This document shows, one piece after another, positions 9,407-17,283 of a stretch of DNA of 64,000 nucleotides. The translations under genes and the position numbers were made by a program. Position 1 is the first letter of the stretch, and every line of letters starts with the position of its first letter. The DNA is from Vampirovibrionales bacterium (GTDB lineage Bacteria; Cyanobacteriota; Vampirovibrionia; Vampirovibrionales; Vampirovibrionaceae), in the NCBI GenBank assembly GCA_029866025.1, contig JARXAD010000011.1, forward strand, positions 24,306 to 88,305. The letters run 5' to 3'. The notes beneath the pieces were generated by a model, which searched no databases, was not told where the DNA came from, and was given only the letters and a program-made list of their open reading frames with translations.

Positions 9407-10462
9407 CTAAAAACTAACGGTACTGCGCTTGCCGCCATCCCAAAATTCCACACCTCCGGCCGGTGCAACAGGCTTGGAAGCAGGCTTGGAATAAGAAGGA
9501 GAGGCCGAGGGACGACGATGACCCAGCGTATTGGAAGCGCCCGGCTGACCCAGTAGTTGGCTAATGCTCACCCCATTCGTCTTCACCGGTTCGATAAGAC
9601 GGTTGTTAAGCCCTTCTTCAGGGCGCAGTGACAGTCGTAACGACCCCGCTTCATCGGCAAGGGTCAACGTCTCTACCTGTGCTGGCTTAAGCGACAGAGT
9701 GACGGAGGTGACAATTTTGGCCGTAGTGAGGGGTGGAGGATCATCGCCATCCATGCCAAGCAAGCCCCCGTTATCAGACTTGGCTTCCTTAGAGGCTGAG
9801 GATGCTTCTTGGGTTGTTTCACCTTTCTCAGTAGAGGCGGGCTTGTCCTCTTTTTTAGCCGCTTCCGCTACTGATTCATCGGCTTCCGCAGGTTTGGCGG
9901 GAGTCAAACTAGAGTCTTGGGCAATTGCCAGCACCTGTACCCGCTGCAACACCGTACGCGTAATACGCTGGGCTTTATCCCCTTCGCCTTGTTCAAAGGT
10001 GGCCAATACATCCACCCAATCGCCGGGTTTTACAAAGCCAGCAACGCCCACAATTTCACTAACAGCCACAGTAACAGCCCGCATGCCAGGGGGAATTAAA
10101 ACTGGAAGACCGCCCTTAGAGGTGGCCGACGCCAGTCGGTCGAGAGTCACAGGCTCGTTAGGATGAATGGGCTGGCTAACCACTCGGCCCACCAAGGATT
10201 GGGCATCGCTAAATAGATTGTGGGCATTCATGGCAGTGGCGCGGGGCCAATCCATCACCACAATGTCTTTGGCAGTAATGGCCACACCCGGCAGCAATTC
10301 GTTTTGAGCCACCACCACAGGTAAGGTATCCATGGCCACTGGTGCCGTGGGTTGTTGTTGCTTGTTTTCCAGCACACGGCCCAGCATTAAAGCCGTAATA
10401 ACCGCTAAAATACCGGCAACACCTAAAAATAATACGTTGGCTTTCAGTGGCAAACGAGCCAT
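9407..10462 (-). CDS. cpaB: Flp pilus assembly protein CpaB/RcpC
   Basis: N-terminal TM, SAF domain (VVVAQNELLPGVAIT), GMRAVTVAVSEIVGVAGFVKPGDWVDVL, VLQRVQVLA. Start moved to ATG 10462. Confidence 0.9.
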   Translation of the reverse strand: MARLPLKANVLFLGVAGILAVITALMLGRVLENKQQQPTAPVAMDTLPVVVAQNELLPGVAITAKDIVVMDWPRATAMNAHNLFSDAQSLVGRVVSQPIHPNEPVTLDRLASATSKGGLPVLIPPGMRAVTVAVSEIVGVAGFVKPGDWVDVLATFEQGEGDKAQRITRTVLQRVQVLAIAQDSSLTPAKPAEADESVAEAAKKEDKPASTEKGETTQEASSASKEAKSDNGGLLGMDGDDPPPLTTAKIVTSVTLSLKPAQVETLTLADEAGSLRLSLRPEEGLNNRLIEPVKTNGVSISQLLGQPGASNTLGHRRPSASPSYSKPASKPVAPAGGVEFWDGGKRSTVSF

Positions 10463-10577
10463 ACACCCACCCTGTCCACAAGAAATCAAAAATGGTCACA
10501 CACCACACACAAGCGCGCAAACAATCCGGGGGTATAGAATAACCCAAGCAAGCTAATTATAAAGCCGACTGTGGCGG

Positions 10578-11045
10578 TTATTCTTCGTAACGCATGGTGG
10601 CTGTGGCGGCACAATCAAAGCTGTCAATATCGGCAGCGGTGGTGGCGTTTACCCCCAGGGTTTGTAAAAAAGCCCCCACGGGGATGCCATCGGTAACGGT
10701 GTAGGTCACTCTTACGGTGACGGTTCTGGCACCGACCGTGCCGGTGGGCCCCGTTAAGGTAATGTTACCGCTAGGAATGGTACGCCCACCCGTAACCCCA
10801 CTAAAATACGATTGCACCCCACTGCGAACCGTGGTGGTGACAGAAGCAGGGTTTGTAGCCATCAGCGAGCTGACTGCAGCCAACCGAACCCCATGACGTG
10901 CCGCCATAAACACCGTGGTTTGCAGGTACAAAAACACGCACAACGCCGCAATAAACATAAAGAGTATGACGGTAATAAGGATGCTAAAGACAGACTCAAT
11001 AATGGCCTGCCCTTGCTGTGTTTGACGAATCAACTCTAAAGCCAT
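10578..11045 (-). CDS. tadE: TadE/TadF-like pseudopilin (~155 aa)
   Basis: From ATG 11045: RQTQQG|QAIIESVFSILITVILFMFI...AARHGVRLA, C-terminal VTVRVTY. The upstream ORF-track extension overlaps the flp2 gene and is not used. Confidence 0.85.
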   Translation of the reverse strand: MALELIRQTQQGQAIIESVFSILITVILFMFIAALCVFLYLQTTVFMAARHGVRLAAVSSLMATNPASVTTTVRSGVQSYFSGVTGGRTIPSGNITLTGPTGTVGARTVTVRVTYTVTDGIPVGAFLQTLGVNATTAADIDSFDCAATATMRYEE

Positions 11046-11299
11046 TGTTGCACCGAGGTACTCACTGCTTCCAACAGAGAAATAAACCATGGCCCAAGGC
11101 TCGGGTTCACCTGGGAAATAATCGCCACAGCTAAAATACCCGCCACTACCAAGGCCCCGCTGTATTCTACAATGCCTTGGGCTTTTGGGGCCGATGCTAC
11201 CTGATAGACGATGACTCTGTTTTTTAAAGTTTGCGCTTGTTGACCCAGCTGCTGCCGTTGCAGTAGCAAGCTGCGAAGGAGCATCCAAAAGACGTTCAT
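11036..11299 (-). CDS. Second Flp-type pilin (minor or paralogous)
   Basis: KA|QGIVEYSGALVVAGILAVAII, nearly the same core as the adjacent pilin. Overlaps the tadE start by 10 nt. True start uncertain. Confidence 0.7.
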   Translation of the reverse strand: MNVFWMLLRSLLLQRQQLGQQAQTLKNRVIVYQVASAPKAQGIVEYSGALVVAGILAVAIISQVNPSLGPWFISLLEAVSTSVQQWL

Positions 11300-11349
11300 A
11301 GGGCCTGCTTTGTTATGCGCAATGGGGTAAAACAGGGTAAAGAAGGCAA

Positions 11350-11376
11350 CAGCCGGAGAGGAAAACCCTCCGGCTG
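11350..11376 (-). terminator. GC-rich stem-loop after the major pilin (terminator or mRNA-stabilising hairpin)
   Basis: CAGCCGGAG / CTCCGGCTG 9-bp stem ~35 nt past the flp stop, followed on the minus strand by a pyrimidine-rich tract. Confidence 0.55.
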
Positions 11377-11411
11377 AGACCTTGTACGAGTTGGGGTCGA
11401 ACGACTTAAAT

Positions 11412-11588
11412 TTAGAGCAGGCCCGTAATGCTAGTCTCTACCGAAGAAATAACCGAGTTGAACATACTGGCCAAATTACTTGGACCTGCGGTAACCACGG
11501 CACCCACAATCAGTGCAGCCACAACCAAAGCACCGGCATATTCCACAATGCCTTGACCTTTTTTCGATTGACGATTTAATAAGCGCAT
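11412..11588 (-). CDS. flp: Flp family type IVc major pilin (58 aa)
   Basis: MRLLNRQSKKG|QGIVEYAGALVVAALIVGAVV: basic leader, G at -1, E5-Y6 Flp motif. GGGGGA RBS upstream of ATG 11588. Confidence 0.9.
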   Translation of the reverse strand: MRLLNRQSKKGQGIVEYAGALVVAALIVGAVVTAGPSNLASMFNSVISSVETSITGLL

Positions 11589-11741
11589 TTGATTAATCCC
11601 CCTGAAATTTTTTGTAAACAAAACCACTAAAAACCACGTTGATTTGTTTGAAAAGGGGGATCCAATACGCGCCCCCAAGGGGCACGATCCAATCAAGGGA
11701 AGGGCAAAATGGTCGAGGCGGTGATTGAATCCGTAGATCAG

Positions 11742-11769
11742 TTATCGGCTTTTATTAATTGTTATTTTA
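11742..11769 (-). promoter_or_regulatory. Putative sigma-28 (FliA/SigD) promoter for flp
   Basis: Minus strand TAAA-N16-GCCGATAA, about 150 nt upstream of the flp ATG. The -10 box is a perfect consensus; the spacer is 1 nt longer than the canonical N15. Confidence 0.6.
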
Positions 11770-11807
11770 GGGTTTGAAACCAAACTGTTACACAAGTCTG
11801 GATAACG

Positions 11808-12977
11808 TTACCGCACCAGCCGGATTTTAAAGTTGCCACCCCCGTTTGTGCCCGTAGCGGTACCCGTTGTGCAGTTATTAGAACAGACTGATTGGGTAAA
11901 GTGGCCTTCAATATAGCGGCTACTGGCACTACCCGTGGCACGATAATCCGTAATCTCAAACCCCGTCAGCTGGCTAATACGGTACGACGCATTGGAACCG
12001 CTACCCGATGTGCTATCAATCAATGGAATGGTAATAATGGTGGCAGGGGTGCTGTTGCCACAGCCTTGGCCGCCGATTAGGCTATCTAAAGCGGTACGCA
12101 CCCCATTGCTACTTATGGCATTACCGGGTTGGGTGCTGTAGTTTTGGCCCACCACCACAGGGTTTTCTCCAGTAGCGGTGCCGTAACCGTCTTCAATCCA
12201 GCGGGCAATGGTGGTATTGCCGGGCGCACCCGAGCGATTGTCTCGAAAATCGGCAAAGCCCCAATTGCCTGCAGGGTTGCTGGGGCAACCACTCACGGTA
12301 GCGCCATCCACGGTGTGGTTATTGCCATAAATACGCACCGTATTGTTACTGGGGTTACCGTCTGTCATGGTGCGGTTCCATTGGGCTTGGCAGGCGTAAA
12401 AAGGGCGCAGGCCACTGGTTACGTTAGAAACGCGGTTATCTGCCAAGGCAATGGCTGAGGCTTGAGTACTAAGCAAATTAACACCAAAGAGCTTGGCCAT
12501 AATGGAAGGAATCGTTCCCCCAGGGCTACCCGCCGTGCGCCGAACCCTGACTCGTACTGCATTATATCCGCCTGTAAAACTGTAACTGGTACTGTTATTA
12601 GTAGTGCTAAAAGTACCGGCATTGTAAGTGGGATCGGCTGGATTGAGGTAACCAAAGGTAATATCCACGTTTTGATCAATGCGCACTGGGTTTTGGGTGC
12701 CTTGACTGTTACTGGTGGCTGTGGAAGATGCCGCACCGCGGGCTGCGGTTCGAATGGCGCTAGCACTGGTACCGCTGTTGCGCACCAACTCATGGGTGGC
12801 CGCCAAGGCAGCGCTATCGGCGGCCGATTGCAACAAGGTGTTTTCAGCATACAGGTAGCTCATATCCACCGCCACAGCGCTGGTCATCAGGCCTGTAATG
12901 AGGGTTCCCACCATTAGTACCACCGCGTTACCCGCGTGTCGTTTCCGTTGGTTGCGCTGCGCAGTGTCTGTTGCCAT
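11808..12977 (-). CDS. TadG-like pilus assembly protein / minor pilin-adhesin (~389 aa)
   Basis: RKRHAG|NAVVLMVGTLITGLMTSAVAVDMSYLY...LQSAADSAALAA Tad N-terminal motif; T/S/N/G-rich, Cys-containing C-terminal domain. Start moved to ATG 12977. Confidence 0.85.
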   Translation of the reverse strand: MATDTAQRNQRKRHAGNAVVLMVGTLITGLMTSAVAVDMSYLYAENTLLQSAADSAALAATHELVRNSGTSASAIRTAARGAASSTATSNSQGTQNPVRIDQNVDITFGYLNPADPTYNAGTFSTTNNSTSYSFTGGYNAVRVRVRRTAGSPGGTIPSIMAKLFGVNLLSTQASAIALADNRVSNVTSGLRPFYACQAQWNRTMTDGNPSNNTVRIYGNNHTVDGATVSGCPSNPAGNWGFADFRDNRSGAPGNTTIARWIEDGYGTATGENPVVVGQNYSTQPGNAISSNGVRTALDSLIGGQGCGNSTPATIITIPLIDSTSGSGSNASYRISQLTGFEITDYRATGSASSRYIEGHFTQSVCSNNCTTGTATGTNGGGNFKIRLVR

Positions 12978-13085
12978 TTGCAAAATACCCCCGGATTGTT
13001 TGCGCCTGTCATTTTGGCTTGCAGTACCCACCCTAGTGGATTAAGTATATCTTATGTATTTATTTTGCCTACCCCCCTCCGTACT

Positions 13086-13751
13086 TTATTGCCTCGCGAT
13101 TACGGTAATGGGTTCATCCAGCACCACGGTCATCATCTCGCCCAAGGTTTTTTTTACGGCGGCGCCTTCGGCCCGCTTGCCGCCTTTTACCACTTGGTTG
13201 TACTCGCCAATGCCCATTACGTTATGGATGGAAATTTTATTTTCTGTACCTGGTGTCAATTCGCCGCCCCACACAAAGTTGGGCAGGCCCGTTTTAACAT
13301 GAGCACTAATGGGAATGGTTTCTCCAGTTTGGCGCTGTAGGTTGAAAAAAAGCACTTTAACGATGGCGTTACGGCCCGTAATGGGGGGGTACAACTCTGT
13401 AATTTGCCCAAGCAACACATCGCCTTTTTCAAACAGCCGAACAGTTTTTACAAACACATCGGTGGCTAAGGTGGCAGTAACAGGTTCTCCCACGCGTTGG
13501 CTTTCAGAATCAATGGGAGTATTGAGCCATACATTCCACGCGCTATTGGCGGGCAACGTCACCGAATCTTCCGAATACTCCGCCACGGGGCGCTTGCTCA
13601 CAATGGGGTCGGGGATGGCTTCCCACACCGGCTGAGGCAAGGACGAAGGAAGCAAGTTCTTGGCATGGGCTAAGCCACTCAGTTCAGTAACAACCCAAAG
13701 CCCAACAACCATGCAGGCAACAAAACATCGGCAACGGTAGCTGGGAAGCAT
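13086..13751 (-). CDS. Exported hypothetical protein with a TrbI/VirB10-like beta domain
   Basis: Signal-like N-terminus; LNTPIDSESQRVGEPVTATL...KGDVLLGQITE...GRNAIVKVLF pattern. Co-oriented upstream of the Tad genes. Confidence 0.6.
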   Translation of the reverse strand: MLPSYRCRCFVACMVVGLWVVTELSGLAHAKNLLPSSLPQPVWEAIPDPIVSKRPVAEYSEDSVTLPANSAWNVWLNTPIDSESQRVGEPVTATLATDVFVKTVRLFEKGDVLLGQITELYPPITGRNAIVKVLFFNLQRQTGETIPISAHVKTGLPNFVWGGELTPGTENKISIHNVMGIGEYNQVVKGGKRAEGAAVKKTLGEMMTVVLDEPITVIARQ

Positions 13752-13805
13752 AGGGAAAGGCTCAGTATGGTTTTAGAGAGGGCGTAGCCCGTTTTGCGGG
13801 CTGTT

Positions 13806-13823
13806 GTTACAATAAGTTACACT
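13806..13823. promoter_or_regulatory. OmpR-type (HLR1/RpaB-like) direct repeat GTTACAAT-AA-GTTACACT
   Basis: Lies in the divergent intergenic region between the Tad-leading gene and the 13891 gene; one mismatch to the HLR1 consensus. Confidence 0.5.
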
Positions 13824-13890
13824 TGGGGTTCTTTGCGCTTGTGTGCGTCAAAGAACTGCTATCGTATCAGGGTAAGGATGGTTTCGGCGA

Positions 13891-14412
13891 ATGACGGCCT
13901 CAACTTCAGACGGATGGCAAAACACCTTTCAGCAGTGGGAATCCCCCACGCCCGATGCTCAGAATCCTTCTGGGCAAGCCACGCAGTCTCTCTCTCAACG
14001 TGCCTCTCAGCCAGATTCGCCATCGGCGCCTCTATCCAACACTCCTTCTGTTGCTAATACGCCAACCTCGGGGTTTACCTCGCCCCCGCCAGCACCCGAT
14101 CGCCGCATGAGCCTAACCCCCAATACGGTGGTGGAGTCGGGCAGCGTTGCTATGCCGGGGTTTCCGCCAGCGGTAATGGATGCCGCCGTGCAGCGTATTG
14201 CCAGCGGTGTGCTGCAACAACTCAGCGACGGCCCTTTTATTGAGCGCTTTTTAAAATCTCAAGAGCTGACCAATGACAATCGGGTGTTGGCCACCCAAGT
14301 GCAGCAACTCATGCGAGACGGCGCCCAACTGCAGCAAGAGGTGCAAGCCGCCCAACAGTATGCTGCCAGTTTTAAGCGCATTGTGGGCAACATTTTTTTA
14401 AAGTTAGACTAG
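13891..14412 (+). CDS. Hypothetical protein, P/S-rich N-terminus and C-terminal coiled coil
   Basis: 173-aa ORF followed by a hairpin at about 14421-14443. Confidence 0.7.
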   Translation: MTASTSDGWQNTFQQWESPTPDAQNPSGQATQSLSQRASQPDSPSAPLSNTPSVANTPTSGFTSPPPAPDRRMSLTPNTVVESGSVAMPGFPPAVMDAAVQRIASGVLQQLSDGPFIERFLKSQELTNDNRVLATQVQQLMRDGAQLQQEVQAAQQYAASFKRIVGNIFLKLD

Positions 14413-14718
14413 ACTTGACCTAGCCCCCCCGAATGGAGGGCTAATTAAAAATAAAGGGGTACGGTTGTTGGGATTGCTAATTAGTAGGGTCTACTAATCC
14501 TTTTCGTGCGGACAGGATTAGAAAGGTTAAACGCACTGTATGCCCTCGCTGTTCGTAAAATAACTTTACTAAGCAGCATCGAAATTACTTTAGCTGTTTT
14601 TATACCTATATGAACATTCTTGACTAAATTCAAAAACCCCTCTGCACAAAAAAATGCTGAGCGGGGTGACATGTAAAACTATCAAAAGGTCATTTTAATC
14701 ATTTTTGTTACTAAATCA

Positions 14719-15090
14719 ATGGGGACTATATATATGACTATCCAACTAAACTCCAAAGCTTTTCAAAGCTACTTGCTCCAAAAGTACGACCAAAAATGTG
14801 AAGAAAAGAAGGCAGAACATAAGAGTAATTACGGCTGGTTCTGGTCACAAATTATACCTATGGATACACGTTACGATGCACGATTTAATTTTGACGGTTT
14901 TAAGCAATGTTGGAAAGACTTTTGCAACCAAAATAATGTCTGCCAAACGATCTCAGATGCTGATTTAGGGAAGGCATTCACATGCATTGATTCACCTGAT
15001 AAAAAAATATTCCATAAGCCAGACGGCCATTTTAAAGATAACTTTCTTTCACGAAAAGAGATCGAGGATATGGATACAGATGAATCATAG
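14719..15090 (+). CDS. Hypothetical protein, AT-rich, possible degenerate EF-hand
   Basis: 123 aa, fills an AT-rich gap; AFTCIDSPD...DNFLSRKEIE segment. Confidence 0.6.
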   Translation: MGTIYMTIQLNSKAFQSYLLQKYDQKCEEKKAEHKSNYGWFWSQIIPMDTRYDARFNFDGFKQCWKDFCNQNNVCQTISDADLGKAFTCIDSPDKKIFHKPDGHFKDNFLSRKEIEDMDTDES

Positions 15091-15239
15091 TGCCCTAGCT
15101 TCCATACCGCTCTCTTAGCTTATCTAAGGCTATATCATTGATAAAATCTTTTTGAACGTGAATACAATTAAGGTAACGACGCCTGTGTAAAAAGCTGGGG
15201 ATGGGAAAAGAACTAAGGTAGAAACGGGGAATTGAAAGA

Positions 15240-15590
15240 CTAACGCTGGGTAAGTACCTGCCCAAGGCTTAAATTGGCGGCAGCAATAGTGCCTGTTGGC
15301 ACCTCTAACACGCTGTGGGCCTTAAAAATAACGGGGCTTAGGTGCCACGGCTTTAGATTTTGTTGCAGGTGCACAATGGTGCCATCCTTGGTAATGAATA
15401 CCGCATCCAAGGCAAAACGCATCCAAAACATGTGCACACTGTTGCATGGCGTAATCCACAAGCCATGGCCGTCGGGTAGTTCTTTGGTAAACATCAACCC
15501 TTTTAGGCGTAGTAAGGGGTTGTTGGCCAAGCCCACGTGGCTAGCCACCGTGGATTGGGTGGTTTCGTTCAACACGCTTACTATTTTCAT
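15240..15590 (-). CDS. DUF192 family protein
   Basis: LANNPLLRLKGLMF...GLWITPCNSVHMFWMRFALDAVF...VLEVPTG. Start moved to ATG 15590. Confidence 0.9.
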   Translation of the reverse strand: MKIVSVLNETTQSTVASHVGLANNPLLRLKGLMFTKELPDGHGLWITPCNSVHMFWMRFALDAVFITKDGTIVHLQQNLKPWHLSPVIFKAHSVLEVPTGTIAAANLSLGQVLTQR

Positions 15591-16051
15591 ACGCAATCCT
15601 TTGCCTGCCTGCATTGCATTTTAAAACGCTTATCAACGGTTAGTCTAAGTTATAAAGCCGAGAGAAGAGCCCTGCACCTGTGGGATGTGGCTATCATCCG
15701 TTCAACAATTCCTCCCCTGCCTGTGCTAAGCCACCCAGCGGGGCCAGTACGTTGGCCTTCTCATCTACATAACCTAAGCGTTAAAACTATTGGTATTGGC
15801 AAAAAGCCATTGTTTAAAGGCCCTTGGGCCTTGGTATTAACCCAAAGGTGTATAAAACCCTACACCGACCGGTGGAGACAAACCTTGAGGAATATCCACC
15901 GCAACGACGATGAGAAACCCCAGTGCGCCCCCCTACAATAACAGTATCAACACTCATTGAAACAAAGCAGTTACAACGCAGTCGCAACACACCCGCAGTT
16001 CCCCATTTAATCCCAGTTTTACAATTCACTCAGCACTTTGGAGGCAACCCC

Positions 16052-16774
16052 GTGATCCGTCGCATGAACACCGGCTTTGGTAACTCGTCCGAACTTCGCA
16101 TTTTTATTGTGGATGACAACGCCAACCACAGCACCGGCATTAAACAGTTGCTGGAAATTCAAAGCGGTTACAGCGTGGTGGGCATTGCTACCAACGGAGA
16201 CGAAGCCCTGAAGCGCCTAGAGCACACCGAGTGCGATGTGGTACTGATGGATATGAACATGCCGGAACTTGACGGCGTTGCCACCATCCAGCAGCTCATT
16301 TCCAAAAATCCTCGCGTTAAAATTCTAACCCTCACCGGTTATGATGACCCCGACCTCATCTTTCGTGCTATGCGCAGCGGTGCCAAGGGCTACATCCTCA
16401 AAACCATGATTACATCGCAACTGATTAACGCCATTGAAGAAGTGATGGCGGGCAAAGTGTACCTGCCGCCTGCTTTGGCCACCAAGTTCTTTGACGAATT
16501 CACCATCAAAGTGGGTGCCACCAACAAGCCGGACGCTGCCAAGCAAGCGCTTCTCAACTACCTTACCCAGCGTGAGAAAGAAGTGCTAAAGCTACTGACG
16601 GAAGGCATTACCTACCGCGGTGTCGCCGATCACTTAGTCATTAGCGAAACCACCGTCAAAACCCACGTCAACAACATTTTCCAAAAGCTTCAGGTCAACG
16701 ATCGCACCCAAGCCGTCCTCTACGCCATCAAGCATGGCCTCGTCGACGCCACTCCCATCCCCCTTGCCGTCTGA
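16052..16774 (+). CDS. NarL/LuxR-family response regulator (orphan)
   Basis: Receiver domain (IVDD, VLMDMNMP, GAKGYILK) plus LuxR HTH (LTQREKEVL...ISETTVKTHVNNIFQKL). GGAGG RBS 7-8 nt before GTG 16052. Confidence 0.92.
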   Translation: MIRRMNTGFGNSSELRIFIVDDNANHSTGIKQLLEIQSGYSVVGIATNGDEALKRLEHTECDVVLMDMNMPELDGVATIQQLISKNPRVKILTLTGYDDPDLIFRAMRSGAKGYILKTMITSQLINAIEEVMAGKVYLPPALATKFFDEFTIKVGATNKPDAAKQALLNYLTQREKEVLKLLTEGITYRGVADHLVISETTVKTHVNNIFQKLQVNDRTQAVLYAIKHGLVDATPIPLAV

Positions 16775-16863
16775 GGCCAACGGCCTCTTTATTAAAGAGC
16801 ATTTGGCGTAACCCTCTACGGTCCTTGGACTTTAGGAAGCACACAATAATCTCTTTATGAAAA

Positions 16864-17160
16864 ATGCCCTTGGGCATCACTCCCCCCTTAAATAACGGCC
16901 CGTTCGGGCCTTAAACACCCTTCTTCTAGCGAATCGACTCGGTTACTCTGCCGGCGTTTCGGGTTCTCATGGCCCTCCGGTCTTGCTCCCCCTTTGCAAG
17001 CCCACTGGTTATGAACACCAACCCGACACCCACTGTCTCCCTTCCTTTTGGGCCCTAAAAGCGCCCGCCACAACAGGGAAGTAACGACAGCCCCAAGCAG
17101 TTCAACCCCATGGTCGGTTCGCTTTTCCTTTGGCGCCAATGGCGCCCAGCAAGCTGGGTT
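16864..17160. ncRNA. Candidate structured non-coding RNA of unassigned class
   Basis: Occupies a 510-bp gap between convergent genes. Closing helix 16928-16938/17113-17123 (11 bp with one G-U on +) encloses two long hairpins (16953-17030, 17033-17090), with small flanking hairpins. Confidence 0.5.
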
Positions 17161-17233
17161 TATAAAAGCGCATAGGGCGTAATCTTCTACTACTTAAGGA
17201 ATAGACTCAGTATTTCTATAAAGGGCAGCATTC

Positions 17234-17257
17234 AAGGTTGACGTTAACGTCAACCTT
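17234..17257. repeat. Perfect 24-bp palindrome AAGGTTGACGTTAACGTCAACCTT (copy 1)
   Basis: Exact self reverse complement; a 22/24 match occurs at 49442. Confidence 0.85.
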
Positions 17258-17283
17258 AGAGACAAAAGCATGAGCCAAAAGTA

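Noticed and set aside
8879-10166. Long antisense ORFs 8879..9355 and 9564..10166, and similar shadows such as 33674..34078, 26185..26649, 31098..31601, 51345..51944
   Set aside because: They lie opposite well-supported genes and reflect codon bias or pentapeptide periodicity.
11046-11288. N-terminal 81-aa extension of the TadE ORF (10578..11288)
   Set aside because: Overlaps the flp2 gene in another frame; the TadE prepilin motif begins just after ATG 11045.
14481-14672. 63-aa GTG-start ORF
   Set aside because: Lies in the AT-rich upstream region of the 14719 gene with no RBS or motif.
16888-17139. 83-aa TTG-start ORF on the minus strand
   Set aside because: No RBS, unprotein-like composition, and it coincides with the extensively base-paired RNA candidate.
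16864-17160. Assignment as RNase P RNA, tmRNA, SRP RNA or a common riboswitch
   Set aside because: Missing GAGGAAAGTCC, the tRNA-like ends, the CAGG-N-GGAA-N-AGCAG helix 8, and the TPP/FMN/SAM/B12/c-di-GMP core motifs; no downstream co-oriented gene for a riboswitch.
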